The notes under the pieces are model-generated. The model was not told the origin of the DNA. It worked only from the letters and a program-made list of their open reading frames with translations, and searched no databases. The position numbers and the translations under genes are program-made. Positions 43,040 through 52,844 of a DNA stretch of 64,000 nucleotides are shown here, piece after piece. Origin of the DNA: a virus; IMG/VR virus record IMGVR_UViG_3300045988_176431, positions 190,366-254,365 of that record; one strand, given 5' to 3'. Every line of letters begins with the position of its first letter. Position 1 is the stretch's first letter.

Positions 43040-43765
43040 TTAAATCAATACTGGTTTTGGATTTGAACGTACATCCACCAATCTTATATCATCATTATTT
43101 ATGATATTCTTATATTCATTAAGAACATCTTGAATAGCTGTTTTAATATGAGCTAAAAAGGTATGAAAAGATTCTATTACAAACATAAGCAAAGCTCTCA
43201 GAATTCTATTCTTATAATCCGTAGAATAGAGATTATTTAAACTACATGCTTTTGAAAGAGATTCTATATCTTCATAGAATTTGTCAATCATATTTTTCAA
43301 ATCAATTATTGATTCGATATATATGATACCATCTTCAAAAGAAACCTCTTCTTCTTTTTTTAAAGATTCAATATAGGTTGAATCTTTATCATATACAATA
43401 GAAATCTTTGATGCAATTTCTTTATATTCAGATTCGGTTTTTTCTTCTTTTTTCAATGATTGAATAATTTCTGTTACATATTCTAACATACCTTGATAAT
43501 ATTCTGAGTATTGATGAATCACGTAATTTAAATCAGCTGGTGATTTAATCTTATTTCCTTTATACTTCTTTTCTTTAATAACTTTATAAATATTCAAAAT
43601 AAGATCTTTTTGATTACCGATTCTATCGATAAATGAATCATTTGATTCTTTAATATCTGAAATACGATGCATAATCATATCATAATCAAGATTGAAAAGT
43701 TGATCCACTTCAATAGAATCATGATATGCTTTTTTAATATCTTTTTCTACTCGATCAGCTTCCAT
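43040..43765 (-). CDS. hypothetical protein, possible distant paralog-family member
   Basis: The start is moved to ATG 43765 (AAAGGAGGTG plus 6 nt). Contains ..ISDIKES-NDSFIDRIGNQKDLILNIYKVIKEK... There is no clear hydrophobic segment. Confidence 0.45.
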   Translation of the reverse strand: MEADRVEKDIKKAYHDSIEVDQLFNLDYDMIMHRISDIKESNDSFIDRIGNQKDLILNIYKVIKEKKYKGNKIKSPADLNYVIHQYSEYYQGMLEYVTEIIQSLKKEEKTESEYKEIASKISIVYDKDSTYIESLKKEEEVSFEDGIIYIESIIDLKNMIDKFYEDIESLSKACSLNNLYSTDYKNRILRALLMFVIESFHTFLAHIKTAIQDVLNEYKNIINNDDIRLVDVRSNPKPVLI

Positions 43766-43779
43766 AACAAACACCTCCT

Positions 43780-44769
43780 TTATACAATTTCAATATCAGA
43801 ATCATTGATTTCGTCACGGATTCCATCAATTGTCATTGTTTTATTGTCCTTATCAAGTTCACGTTGAGATGCTTGTTTTGCCTGAGCATCAGACACCTTG
43901 AATTTATCAGATAAAGAAAGTAACATATTTCTTACTTTCTCTTGTTTCTTAAGTATTTTTTGTTTTTTCTTTGGATCAATCGTTTGATTATACTCTACAC
44001 ATTGTTTATTTAATTCCAAGAAATAAGCTTGCATAGCCAAAGATTCAGAAATCTTTCTTCTCATTTCTTTAAAATAATAAATGAGTTTTCTTGTAATTGG
44101 AATAATAGAAAATGCAATTAAAAGAATAGCACCTATACCAACTGCAGTGGCAGGATCAAAAATCATATTCTCTTTCCCAGCATTTAACATATTATTCAAA
44201 TATTTAGTATATTCATTATTCTCATTCACTCCATTAAATTTCTCTAATGATTGAATGAAAAATAAATTTCCACGATATTTATCGTTGTTGATTGTAATTT
44301 TCATATCATGAGATGATGTTTGAATATCATTCATGAATGCAGAAATCAAACTAGTTGTTGCTTCTACACAAGTATATACATAAAGTTGGTACTCTAATGT
44401 AATATACTCTTTTTTCTTTGTATATGCTTTTGCATAGATCAGTTTGTTTTTCTTAATATTTTCAATTGCAGTCATAACAGTTGTTGCATAATTCACTAAC
44501 TCATTACATTTCTCCTCTTTACCAAGAGCAATTAATGTACTCAAAGTTTCAATCATAGATTTATAACCAGAATATTTTTCAATATAACCTCTTGACTTTG
44601 GAATATCACCAAAGTCAACATGATTCCGATCAATGATTGATTGAAATAGCTTTTCATGATATTTTTTTGTGATTGGAGAAGTAGCATCTTCCAAAACTGT
44701 CATGACTCTTATTAAAGGTTCATTAGTACCCTCCATAAGGATACTAGCAGCCTCATATAATGCTTTCAT
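43780..44769 (-). CDS. membrane-segment protein, possible distant paralog-family member
   Basis: Contains ..AASILMEG-T.., the strong TM-like segment ATAVGIGAILLIAFSIIPITRKLIYYF, and a K-rich coiled-coil tail. Confidence 0.45.
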   Translation of the reverse strand: MKALYEAASILMEGTNEPLIRVMTVLEDATSPITKKYHEKLFQSIIDRNHVDFGDIPKSRGYIEKYSGYKSMIETLSTLIALGKEEKCNELVNYATTVMTAIENIKKNKLIYAKAYTKKKEYITLEYQLYVYTCVEATTSLISAFMNDIQTSSHDMKITINNDKYRGNLFFIQSLEKFNGVNENNEYTKYLNNMLNAGKENMIFDPATAVGIGAILLIAFSIIPITRKLIYYFKEMRRKISESLAMQAYFLELNKQCVEYNQTIDPKKKQKILKKQEKVRNMLLSLSDKFKVSDAQAKQASQRELDKDNKTMTIDGIRDEINDSDIEIV

Positions 44770-44787
44770 GATGCTTCCTTTCCCAGT

Positions 44788-46131
44788 TTAGTAATAAACT
44801 GATTTTATAAACTTAAAATATGGCTCGAAATTATACAGAGAATCAAATTCATTGACTAAGTCAGAAGAAACTGTATAAAAAGATGTCATCCCTCTTTTTG
44901 ATTTTAAATGATTCATAGTACCGGGGATTAACATATTTTGTACTTGAATCGACTTTGTTTTTTTATACACATCAATATTTACATCTTTATCTACTCTACC
45001 AATTAATCCGTCTAATAAATCTTTTTTTACATGTTTCATTGTATGATTTGATTCTCCGTCATCATTTCCACCATTTCCAAAAAATACAGTATCAATATCA
45101 GTAATATCTACTAAACAAGTGATACTGCTTCGTTTTGAAACTTTACATTTTCGTATAATCGAATCAACAGATTTATCTTCAGAAAGATAATCTCCAAATA
45201 AATGACCTGCATATATGGTCGTTACATTTTTACAATCAATAATATGTTGACCACAATCCATACAATCCGAAAATATAAGTAATTGTTTTGTATCCATATT
45301 ATTCAATAATTGTTTTGTTATCATCAAATTACTGCAAATTCCACCCAATTCAATTATAGAAGTATCTACAGAATTAGAAATTAAATTTGCTAGGTTTTTA
45401 CAATGGTAAAAACCACAATCAACTGATTGATAACTTATCGAAGAAACAGATGAACCTTTAATGGTTCCTCTTACAAAAACATTTGAAAAGGTGCTATTAA
45501 TTGATATAACACAAACTCCACTAGCAATCATATCAACATTATTTGATTCAATGTCAACTTCTGAAAATATAATATTTTCAATACAGGCATTCTCAATTTT
45601 CATAAAGAACGCAAAGCTATAAAATGGAATTTGTTTTGCATTTTTCAACCCAAAGATTGCGTGATTCATACCATTTAAAGTACCTTTAAAAACACCTTCT
45701 GAAAAAAATTTTTTTTCTTCTTTTTGATAAGTCGGTGAACCAATTGGTTGCCAAGAATATCCATTTAAGTCTATATTATTTTCAACTGTAACAGTACAGT
45801 TTTCGAATGTAATACCGTTTGAAACAAGTAAGCCAAAACCAGCTAATTGTTCTGCGGTATAAATGTGAAAAATTGTTTCTTCAGGATCATACCATGAAAT
45901 ATCTCTCATTTCTCCATTCCATTTAAAAGCATTTTTTTTATCTTCTACATCAGTTCTTTTATAAATATAATACTGACTAATGTCATTATTATTTGGAATC
46001 GATATATAGTCTCCTGATTTTGTCTGTTCAATTAAATCAAGAACGTCTTCTTCATATCTTACTTTACACTCAGAAGAGATTTCTGAATTTGTAATTTGAA
46101 CGTCATTATTTATTTTATTTAAGCTACTCAT
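44788..46131 (-). CDS. beta-helix-type (GLUG-motif-like) surface/virion protein
   Basis: IYTAEQLAGFGLLVSNGITFENCTVTVENNIDLNGYSWQPIGSP..FKGTLNGMNHAIFGL resembles the N-terminal signature of GLUG/beta-helix surface proteins. It is followed by repetitive segments of the (I/V)xGxxxS type. Confidence 0.35.
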   Translation of the reverse strand: MSSLNKINNDVQITNSEISSECKVRYEEDVLDLIEQTKSGDYISIPNNNDISQYYIYKRTDVEDKKNAFKWNGEMRDISWYDPEETIFHIYTAEQLAGFGLLVSNGITFENCTVTVENNIDLNGYSWQPIGSPTYQKEEKKFFSEGVFKGTLNGMNHAIFGLKNAKQIPFYSFAFFMKIENACIENIIFSEVDIESNNVDMIASGVCVISINSTFSNVFVRGTIKGSSVSSISYQSVDCGFYHCKNLANLISNSVDTSIIELGGICSNLMITKQLLNNMDTKQLLIFSDCMDCGQHIIDCKNVTTIYAGHLFGDYLSEDKSVDSIIRKCKVSKRSSITCLVDITDIDTVFFGNGGNDDGESNHTMKHVKKDLLDGLIGRVDKDVNIDVYKKTKSIQVQNMLIPGTMNHLKSKRGMTSFYTVSSDLVNEFDSLYNFEPYFKFIKSVYY

Positions 46132-47465
46132 CTGGAAGAACCTAGCATCCTTGTTAACTCTTGTCCTAACTTATTAGAATTCATTGTTACCTCACGTTGT
46201 AAAGTATCCAATGAATAAGTTTGGAATCCGGTTTTACTTCCATCTAAGAGCATATCAATCGTCTGTGTGGTTTCATCCACAATGACAAATCCCATGAGGA
46301 ATAATTCACTCATAAGTTTTTTAGCAAATACCACATTCTTTAAATCAAATCCATATTTTGTCAAAATCTCATTATACTCATATTGAGAAATAACAAGAGT
46401 AGCAAATGGAGCAAGACGACTAAGTCCTGTAGTAGATACTTTTACTTTTCTCTTTTTTAAATCTTTCAATTTAGAAATCATTCGTCCTGTTTGGTCAGAA
46501 CGATTTGATACATTGAAGTTTGTATCATTTACTTTAAAAATGATATCTTTTAATAAAGATAATTCTCCTGTTGTCCATCGAATGAAATTAAGAGAAAATC
46601 TTTTATTCTTTAAGACATAAGCAATATTATCAATTAAAGATTTACTCTTACCTAAGTGAAGAGTAGTCTTTACACCAATTGTAAATGTCATATATTGAGC
46701 AAATGATGTGTCACCTTTTGTTGCAAGAATTTTTAAATCCATTGCATAAGGTTGCATATCATTAATTTTTTTAATATCCCTTTCTAACATCCTAGGTGTT
46801 TGTTCATATTGTGTAGCTTTTACATTTCTTTCATTTGTAGCATTCTTTTCTTCATCTTCTAATGAATTCAAGTAATTACTAACAATGTCACCTTTCATCT
46901 CATTTTTACTTTTTGATTCTACATAAGGTTGAATCGCATTCAAATTGTACTGAGATAAGGACTCTTTCATACCAGCTTTCATACTTCGAATAAGAGTAGC
47001 TGGGATGGATTCAGATTCAGTAAACATAAATCCACGCTCATTGTCATCAGTCATATATAATCTCAGTTCACCATTATAAAAATCTTTATAATGATTAATT
47101 ACACAATCAATGACTTCTTTTTCACTTTCAGAATATAAATCATCATCTACTGATTCAAGACTGAAATTGTTCTGATATTGAGCAATGAACTGTCGTGGGT
47201 TTTTGATATAATTCAAATCTATAACACCGTTTGCTGAAAGATAAATTTGAGTAAAGGAAGCATACACTCGGTCTAAGTTTCTTGCAATCGTAGTACTCAT
47301 ATCAATTGGAATACTATCTGAAATAATACAAGGAAATTGAATTGTCTGCTCATTAGCACCTCGGGCAAAACTCTTTGTGTTCTTTTTACTTACAACATCA
47401 CCAACAGTTGCAACATTCCTTAAAACATCTTTCGTTGTATTATAGATATCTGAAAGGATTCCCAT
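46128..47465 (-). CDS. hypothetical 445-aa virion-block protein
   Basis: Long ORF with a 4-nt overlap (ATGA) with the downstream gene. No motif recognised. Confidence 0.55.
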   Translation of the reverse strand: MGILSDIYNTTKDVLRNVATVGDVVSKKNTKSFARGANEQTIQFPCIISDSIPIDMSTTIARNLDRVYASFTQIYLSANGVIDLNYIKNPRQFIAQYQNNFSLESVDDDLYSESEKEVIDCVINHYKDFYNGELRLYMTDDNERGFMFTESESIPATLIRSMKAGMKESLSQYNLNAIQPYVESKSKNEMKGDIVSNYLNSLEDEEKNATNERNVKATQYEQTPRMLERDIKKINDMQPYAMDLKILATKGDTSFAQYMTFTIGVKTTLHLGKSKSLIDNIAYVLKNKRFSLNFIRWTTGELSLLKDIIFKVNDTNFNVSNRSDQTGRMISKLKDLKKRKVKVSTTGLSRLAPFATLVISQYEYNEILTKYGFDLKNVVFAKKLMSELFLMGFVIVDETTQTIDMLLDGSKTGFQTYSLDTLQREVTMNSNKLGQELTRMLGSSR

Positions 47466-47550
47466 GACATTTTCACCCCTTTCTATTAAATTTTATTTAT
47501 AGTACTGTTTTTTGCCTTAAGTTCAAGGATTAATTTTTATACGTAAAAAT

Positions 47551-47590
47551 TAAAGAGAACGAATATGAATTAACATATTCGTTCTCTTTA
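47551..47590 (-). terminator. rho-independent terminator
   Basis: taaagagaacgaatatg/catattcgttctcttta 17-bp stem right after the stop of gene 47595-49025. Confidence 0.8.
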
Positions 47591-47594
47591 AATA

Positions 47595-49025
47595 TTATTT
47601 ATTTGCTTTTTTAGCAGCTCTTACAGATTCAATTGTCTTATCAAGCAATTTATCATATTCATTAAGCCTTACTTTTAAAGCATTCTTATATAAGTTTACA
47701 TCTTCCATTTCAACTTGTTTTACATCTTTCTTATCCCAATCTTTAATCACAACATTAACACGTTCAATAAGCTTTGTAATATTATTTACAATACTCGGAA
47801 TTCCGAAAGCCAATGGAGACAAGACACATGCAATTAAATCACGAAGAAAGAACGGATATGAACCAGTAATAAAACTAAATAAAACACTACCAATTGTACT
47901 TCCATCTTCTATCATTTCATCATAAGATTTATGTACAGTCTTTTTGGACTGCTCTAAAACTTTAATTGCTTTATCGTATTCTTTTTTCTTAATATATCCT
48001 TTAGCTTTTGCCATTTGTTCTTTGTATGTCTTCTTTGTCTCTTTAAATTTCTTTCTTGCGTCTAAGTTTGCACCCTCAGTTGCAACAAAATCATTTAGCA
48101 TAACTACACGATCATTTCTTAGCATATTTATTTCTCCTGTCTCTTTCATAGTTGCATAATTATTAGCAAGTTTCTTTGCAGATACACCATTATAACTTTC
48201 AAGCATTAAAGAATTTAATACAGAAAGTTTCGTGTATTCTTTCACAGATTCCATAAATGCTAATTTATGCTGAATTGCTGGGTCTAAATCATTCCCACTC
48301 TCTTTTACAAGATTCATTTTATTAATCATGATTCCCTCAAAAAGTGTTGGTTGATATAATTTTGAACTTGGTGATTTTACACCTTTTAAAACTAACGCTT
48401 TTTCATAAGCAGACTCTGTTGTAATATTCTCATCATTCTTCATAGAATCTTCAATATCTTTAATCTTTTGCTGCTCATCTTTTACACGTTTAATTTCATT
48501 ATTGGTAGCAATCTTCACATTATCTTTGATACATTCACTGAGTTCATCTAATTCCATATTTGTAGAGATTTCTTTCAATCTATCTTCTACATCAGGATCA
48601 TCAATATTGAAATCAATTTCATCAACTGATGTTTCATTAATATTGAGTGCATATTCTTTAAAATAATCATCTAAGAATTTATTAACAGATTCCATCAAGA
48701 TTTTTGCAGGTTTGCTACCTTTTTTAATTGCTTCTTTTACATAAAACGTTGTACCTTTTGGTTGTTTTGCTTTCAAAAATTGAATGAATTCATCATCCAA
48801 ATCATTGGATAAAACATCTTTTACATCATTATCAATTGGTACTGCATTTTTATAAATATCAGAAATCAGTTTATCTAAACAAATTTCTCTTGCATCTTCT
48901 TTTACTTCTTTAATTTTCTTAAACTTAAAATCCACACTTTCTGTGAATTTCTTAATATCTTTTTCTTTCTTCTTCGTCTTTTCAACTTCATCTAAGAAGT
49001 TAATCATGGCTTGTTCACGCACCAT
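47595..49025 (-). CDS. hypothetical 476-aa protein with C-terminal hydrophobic region (paralog-family-like features)
   Basis: Contains ..AKILMES-VNKFLDDYFKEY.., ..FMES.., ..LMLES.. and GSTIGSVLFSFITGSYPFFLRDLIACVLSPLAFGIPSIV. Confidence 0.5.
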   Translation of the reverse strand: MVREQAMINFLDEVEKTKKKEKDIKKFTESVDFKFKKIKEVKEDAREICLDKLISDIYKNAVPIDNDVKDVLSNDLDDEFIQFLKAKQPKGTTFYVKEAIKKGSKPAKILMESVNKFLDDYFKEYALNINETSVDEIDFNIDDPDVEDRLKEISTNMELDELSECIKDNVKIATNNEIKRVKDEQQKIKDIEDSMKNDENITTESAYEKALVLKGVKSPSSKLYQPTLFEGIMINKMNLVKESGNDLDPAIQHKLAFMESVKEYTKLSVLNSLMLESYNGVSAKKLANNYATMKETGEINMLRNDRVVMLNDFVATEGANLDARKKFKETKKTYKEQMAKAKGYIKKKEYDKAIKVLEQSKKTVHKSYDEMIEDGSTIGSVLFSFITGSYPFFLRDLIACVLSPLAFGIPSIVNNITKLIERVNVVIKDWDKKDVKQVEMEDVNLYKNALKVRLNEYDKLLDKTIESVRAAKKANK

Positions 49026-49070
49026 TTGTCACCACCTTTGATAGTTGTCTATATTAAGTTACTGTTTTCC

Positions 49071-52000
49071 TTATGTTGCTTCAAAAAATTTTAAGTTAAT
49101 ATTTGCTCGGTTTACTGTAATGAGTTCTGGAACAAAATGTCTTCTCTCTTCTTTTGATAAATCAGTCAATTTAATTGCCTTATTTTTAATCGCTTGATAA
49201 CTTACATCATAATCATTAATACCAATAAATACTAAATGATGTACATATGCAAAGTTATTTTCAATAGCACGAATCAAGTTAGAAATATATAAATCATTCG
49301 TTCCTTCATTATTAATTGATTCAATATACTCTTTAATAAATGTCTTCAGATTTGCTTCTGCAAATGTTGGGTCAGTGTTTGTAATTAACCAAACATTAAA
49401 AGCAATTCGAATATTTACTGTATCAATTAATTCACCATTCTCACCGATTACGAAGTTTGTACTTCTACCATAGGTATTATAAAACTTTGTATCAATATTT
49501 GTATTATTTCTCAAATAAAGTTTCGCTTCATTTAAAATACGATAATGATTTGTGTAACTCTTTAAGAAATAATCAAATTTTTTAACATCATCTGCTTCTA
49601 ATGTATCTGTAACTTCAGGTCCTTCATTTCGATATGCAATTGTAGAATACTTAACGAATGGTACATCATAAATATAGCAATCTAATGCATCAATACCTGG
49701 TTGATAGTAATCACGATACTGAATAGTTGAACGTAATAAATTCATTGGTTGGATGAACGTTATTGGTTCCATAACAGAAGCATATACATTTGTCCAATGA
49801 AATTGTTCATAATCTGGATTATATTGGACAAACTCATTATTAGTAGGAGGGATCTTTCCATACTCTTTACTTTCTGGATCCTCATAAATTGGATCTTTAT
49901 AAATAACATTTACACGAACAAGTGCATTTGTAACAGGCAACCAAATATCATCAATTTCATTCACATTAATAATACCTTCTGTAAACTCTTTTTTACAATA
50001 ATCACAATGATAATTTAACTTAAATTTCCCTTTCTCTGTATTTACAGAATTTAATATTTCATGTCCACAATATGGACATTGATGTGTAACCCTAAATAAG
50101 TTATCTACGGTAACATAATCATCTGTAATAAATTCACCAGAGAATGTAATCTGATCTGTTTTCTTATCATGTTTAGTAGGAATTAGTTCCATATAACCCT
50201 GTACTTGTTCTTCCTCAATATCGTAAAATGTAAGAATAACTCTCACGTGATTTTTATTTAATAATTTCTTATCATAAGTTAATAAATCTTTTACTAGTCC
50301 CTCTGCTAATTCTCCTGGATAAAATTGTCTATCATCTTCTGGATTATAAATTGTACTTTCATCTATCATTCCAACATCAGATTCTAATGAAACAGATGGG
50401 AGTAATACAATATCAAAATGATATCTCTTCTCATCTGACATATCACGATTCATATGTAATGTATACGTAATAAATTGTGTAAAGGCATCTGCATCATTCT
50501 GTTTAATAAAATCAAGCACGCAATCTTGTGAAACAGCAGTCATATAATAACCAATTAAACCAGAAGATTTTGTAATTGACATTAGGAATGGATTTGTAAA
50601 CAAGAATTTGTATTTTTTTGCAATTTCTTGTATATTAGGATCAAACACTTTCAATCGTGTATCTGCTCCAATGAATTTTTTATAATCTTTAAAAGTGAAG
50701 TTAAACATATATTCACTCATCGTCATAAAATCTTCTTTTAAATATCCATCCAAAACCATTTCATTTATTTCTTCTTCAGTCTTTGTTTGATTTGGGAGTT
50801 CACGATTTAAACTATCATAATGAACAAAAGTATCTTCTATCCAGATATAACTTGTATTATCTCTTGTATCAATATACTTAAGTCCTTTATTATTTTTACG
50901 ATAAGTTTCATAATACTGTAAATAATCATATCGTAACTCTAATTCTCTTTCGTTATCTCTCACATAATCAATATACTTACCATTTCCAATTTCTTGTATA
51001 TCATAAGTAAGTCCTTTTTCTCGGAATTTTAAATATAACTCATCTTCTGTTAAAATAAATGTATCATTATATAAATCATCAACTTCTTTAACAATTTCTT
51101 TATTTGTCACCATATCAGAAATTTGTTGATGAGTAAAGGATGTTTCTTCAATTAATTCATTTCTCTCATCATAATGATAAAATCCACCTTGTTTTAATTG
51201 ATAATAACTTCTATCAAATGGATTCCGATAAATTAATTTAGCTTTTGTTCCATCCTCATTATATAAGACAAAATAATCATTTACTAAAATATAGTATTGA
51301 TTTGGATTTTGTGTTAAATCACCAGATTTTAATTTCTTTATGATTTCTTCTTGAGTAAGGGATTCTTCTTGTAAATTACCATCTTTATCATGAAGTTTTC
51401 CATCTTTATCATAATAGGAACCATCACCATCTGTAATATAATAAATTGGTAAAACTCGATAAATATCTCTTGTTTTATAACTAAACAAGAAACCAGGATC
51501 CATATTATAGAATCCGCCTTCCTTTTCATCAAAATATAAAATATTTGTGTCAAGTGTCAACGTATTTGTTGGATAGAAGTAATCATCTTTCTTCACATAT
51601 AAGAATGCAGAGAATAAAAGTTCAGCATTATCATTTCTCTTTTTCAAGAATAATACTTCTGCACCATATCGATACTTATAATTATTAAAGTAAATCGATA
51701 AATCGTGTTCTGTTGTAAGAGCGTTTGCTGTAGCAAATCCCTCTACGGTAAGTGATTGTAAACCATCCATTGAAAGGGCATCTTTTCCACCAGCTGATGC
51801 TGATAAAGATTTTGCAGTAATTGCCCAAGAATAATCATATTGATATTTATCATTTCTCTTTAATAGTGAAAAGTTTTCACCATTATACATATCAAAATTT
51901 CCATCCTCACCAATTGATGTATATGTTACAATCATTAATTCTGAATTAAACTCTGGTTGAAAATAGGCATCTTTTGTTGTAAATGATAATTCAACACGTT

Positions 52001-52820
52001 CATCATCAATCTTTCTATAATAGCAGAAAGGATTCTTAGATGGTTGTGAAAATCTCACTTGTAAAGACAATTGAGTTTTAAACTCTGTTTCTGTTGGTTT
52101 TTTATATAATACATCAATTCCACAAATTTTATCATTATAAGGAATAATGACAGTCGGATAGTTGATTGTTGCATTATCTATAATAGATTCATATTTTTCT
52201 TTTCTTACATATTGTCCCATATTAACCTGAAGTGCTAACAATCCTGTTGAAGATTTTCGGATTTTAATATATGGGTCTTTAATCGGACTAATTGAGTTTG
52301 TATACTCAGTCATATTATATTTTGCACTGTAAATCCATCCACCTTGTGTTTCACGATAAATTGCACGAATGACAATATCGTAATCAAGAACAAACGGAAT
52401 ATCTTCGATATATATTGTGGTATCCTTATCAATATAAAAATATCGATAAGGGGAACCTTGTTCGTGAATAAAATTCTTTATCACATCTTCTTCTGATAAC
52501 ACCAAAAGAAACTCACATCTTGCTGCATCTGAAAATACATTCGATAATTGAAAGATTGCGGCATTTGAATAAATGCTATTTTCCATTTTTGCTCTTGTTG
52601 GAAAAGTTTCTAATAATAAAGTAGAAGCTGTATTAAAACCATCTTCAGTTATTTGTCCTGCCATATCAGTAACCATACCAGTTAATCCGATATTAAGATT
52701 ACTTGTTTCTTCTTCAAAATATTTTGGCATAATGTCATCTAATATCATTTGTTTAAATGAGAAGTTATCTACATAGTCTCTAGAAATCTTCTCAATCTCA
52801 TTGTATTCATTTTCTGTCAT
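49071..52820 (-). CDS. very large virion-like structural protein (possibly baseplate-wedge/J-like) with internal Zn-ribbon
   Basis: 1249-aa ORF. The N-terminal ..LLLETFPTRAKMENSIYSNAAIFQLSNVFSDAARCEFLLVLSE.. is loosely reminiscent of baseplate J/gp6-like N-termini. CPYCGHEILN..16..HCDYCKKEF is encoded near nt 49990-50095. Confidence 0.3.
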   Translation of the reverse strand: MTENEYNEIEKISRDYVDNFSFKQMILDDIMPKYFEEETSNLNIGLTGMVTDMAGQITEDGFNTASTLLLETFPTRAKMENSIYSNAAIFQLSNVFSDAARCEFLLVLSEEDVIKNFIHEQGSPYRYFYIDKDTTIYIEDIPFVLDYDIVIRAIYRETQGGWIYSAKYNMTEYTNSISPIKDPYIKIRKSSTGLLALQVNMGQYVRKEKYESIIDNATINYPTVIIPYNDKICGIDVLYKKPTETEFKTQLSLQVRFSQPSKNPFCYYRKIDDERVELSFTTKDAYFQPEFNSELMIVTYTSIGEDGNFDMYNGENFSLLKRNDKYQYDYSWAITAKSLSASAGGKDALSMDGLQSLTVEGFATANALTTEHDLSIYFNNYKYRYGAEVLFLKKRNDNAELLFSAFLYVKKDDYFYPTNTLTLDTNILYFDEKEGGFYNMDPGFLFSYKTRDIYRVLPIYYITDGDGSYYDKDGKLHDKDGNLQEESLTQEEIIKKLKSGDLTQNPNQYYILVNDYFVLYNEDGTKAKLIYRNPFDRSYYQLKQGGFYHYDERNELIEETSFTHQQISDMVTNKEIVKEVDDLYNDTFILTEDELYLKFREKGLTYDIQEIGNGKYIDYVRDNERELELRYDYLQYYETYRKNNKGLKYIDTRDNTSYIWIEDTFVHYDSLNRELPNQTKTEEEINEMVLDGYLKEDFMTMSEYMFNFTFKDYKKFIGADTRLKVFDPNIQEIAKKYKFLFTNPFLMSITKSSGLIGYYMTAVSQDCVLDFIKQNDADAFTQFITYTLHMNRDMSDEKRYHFDIVLLPSVSLESDVGMIDESTIYNPEDDRQFYPGELAEGLVKDLLTYDKKLLNKNHVRVILTFYDIEEEQVQGYMELIPTKHDKKTDQITFSGEFITDDYVTVDNLFRVTHQCPYCGHEILNSVNTEKGKFKLNYHCDYCKKEFTEGIINVNEIDDIWLPVTNALVRVNVIYKDPIYEDPESKEYGKIPPTNNEFVQYNPDYEQFHWTNVYASVMEPITFIQPMNLLRSTIQYRDYYQPGIDALDCYIYDVPFVKYSTIAYRNEGPEVTDTLEADDVKKFDYFLKSYTNHYRILNEAKLYLRNNTNIDTKFYNTYGRSTNFVIGENGELIDTVNIRIAFNVWLITNTDPTFAEANLKTFIKEYIESINNEGTNDLYISNLIRAIENNFAYVHHLVFIGINDYDVSYQAIKNKAIKLTDLSKEERRHFVPELITVNRANINLKFFEAT

Positions 52821-52844
52821 TTTTAATTCTCACTTCCTTTCGGA

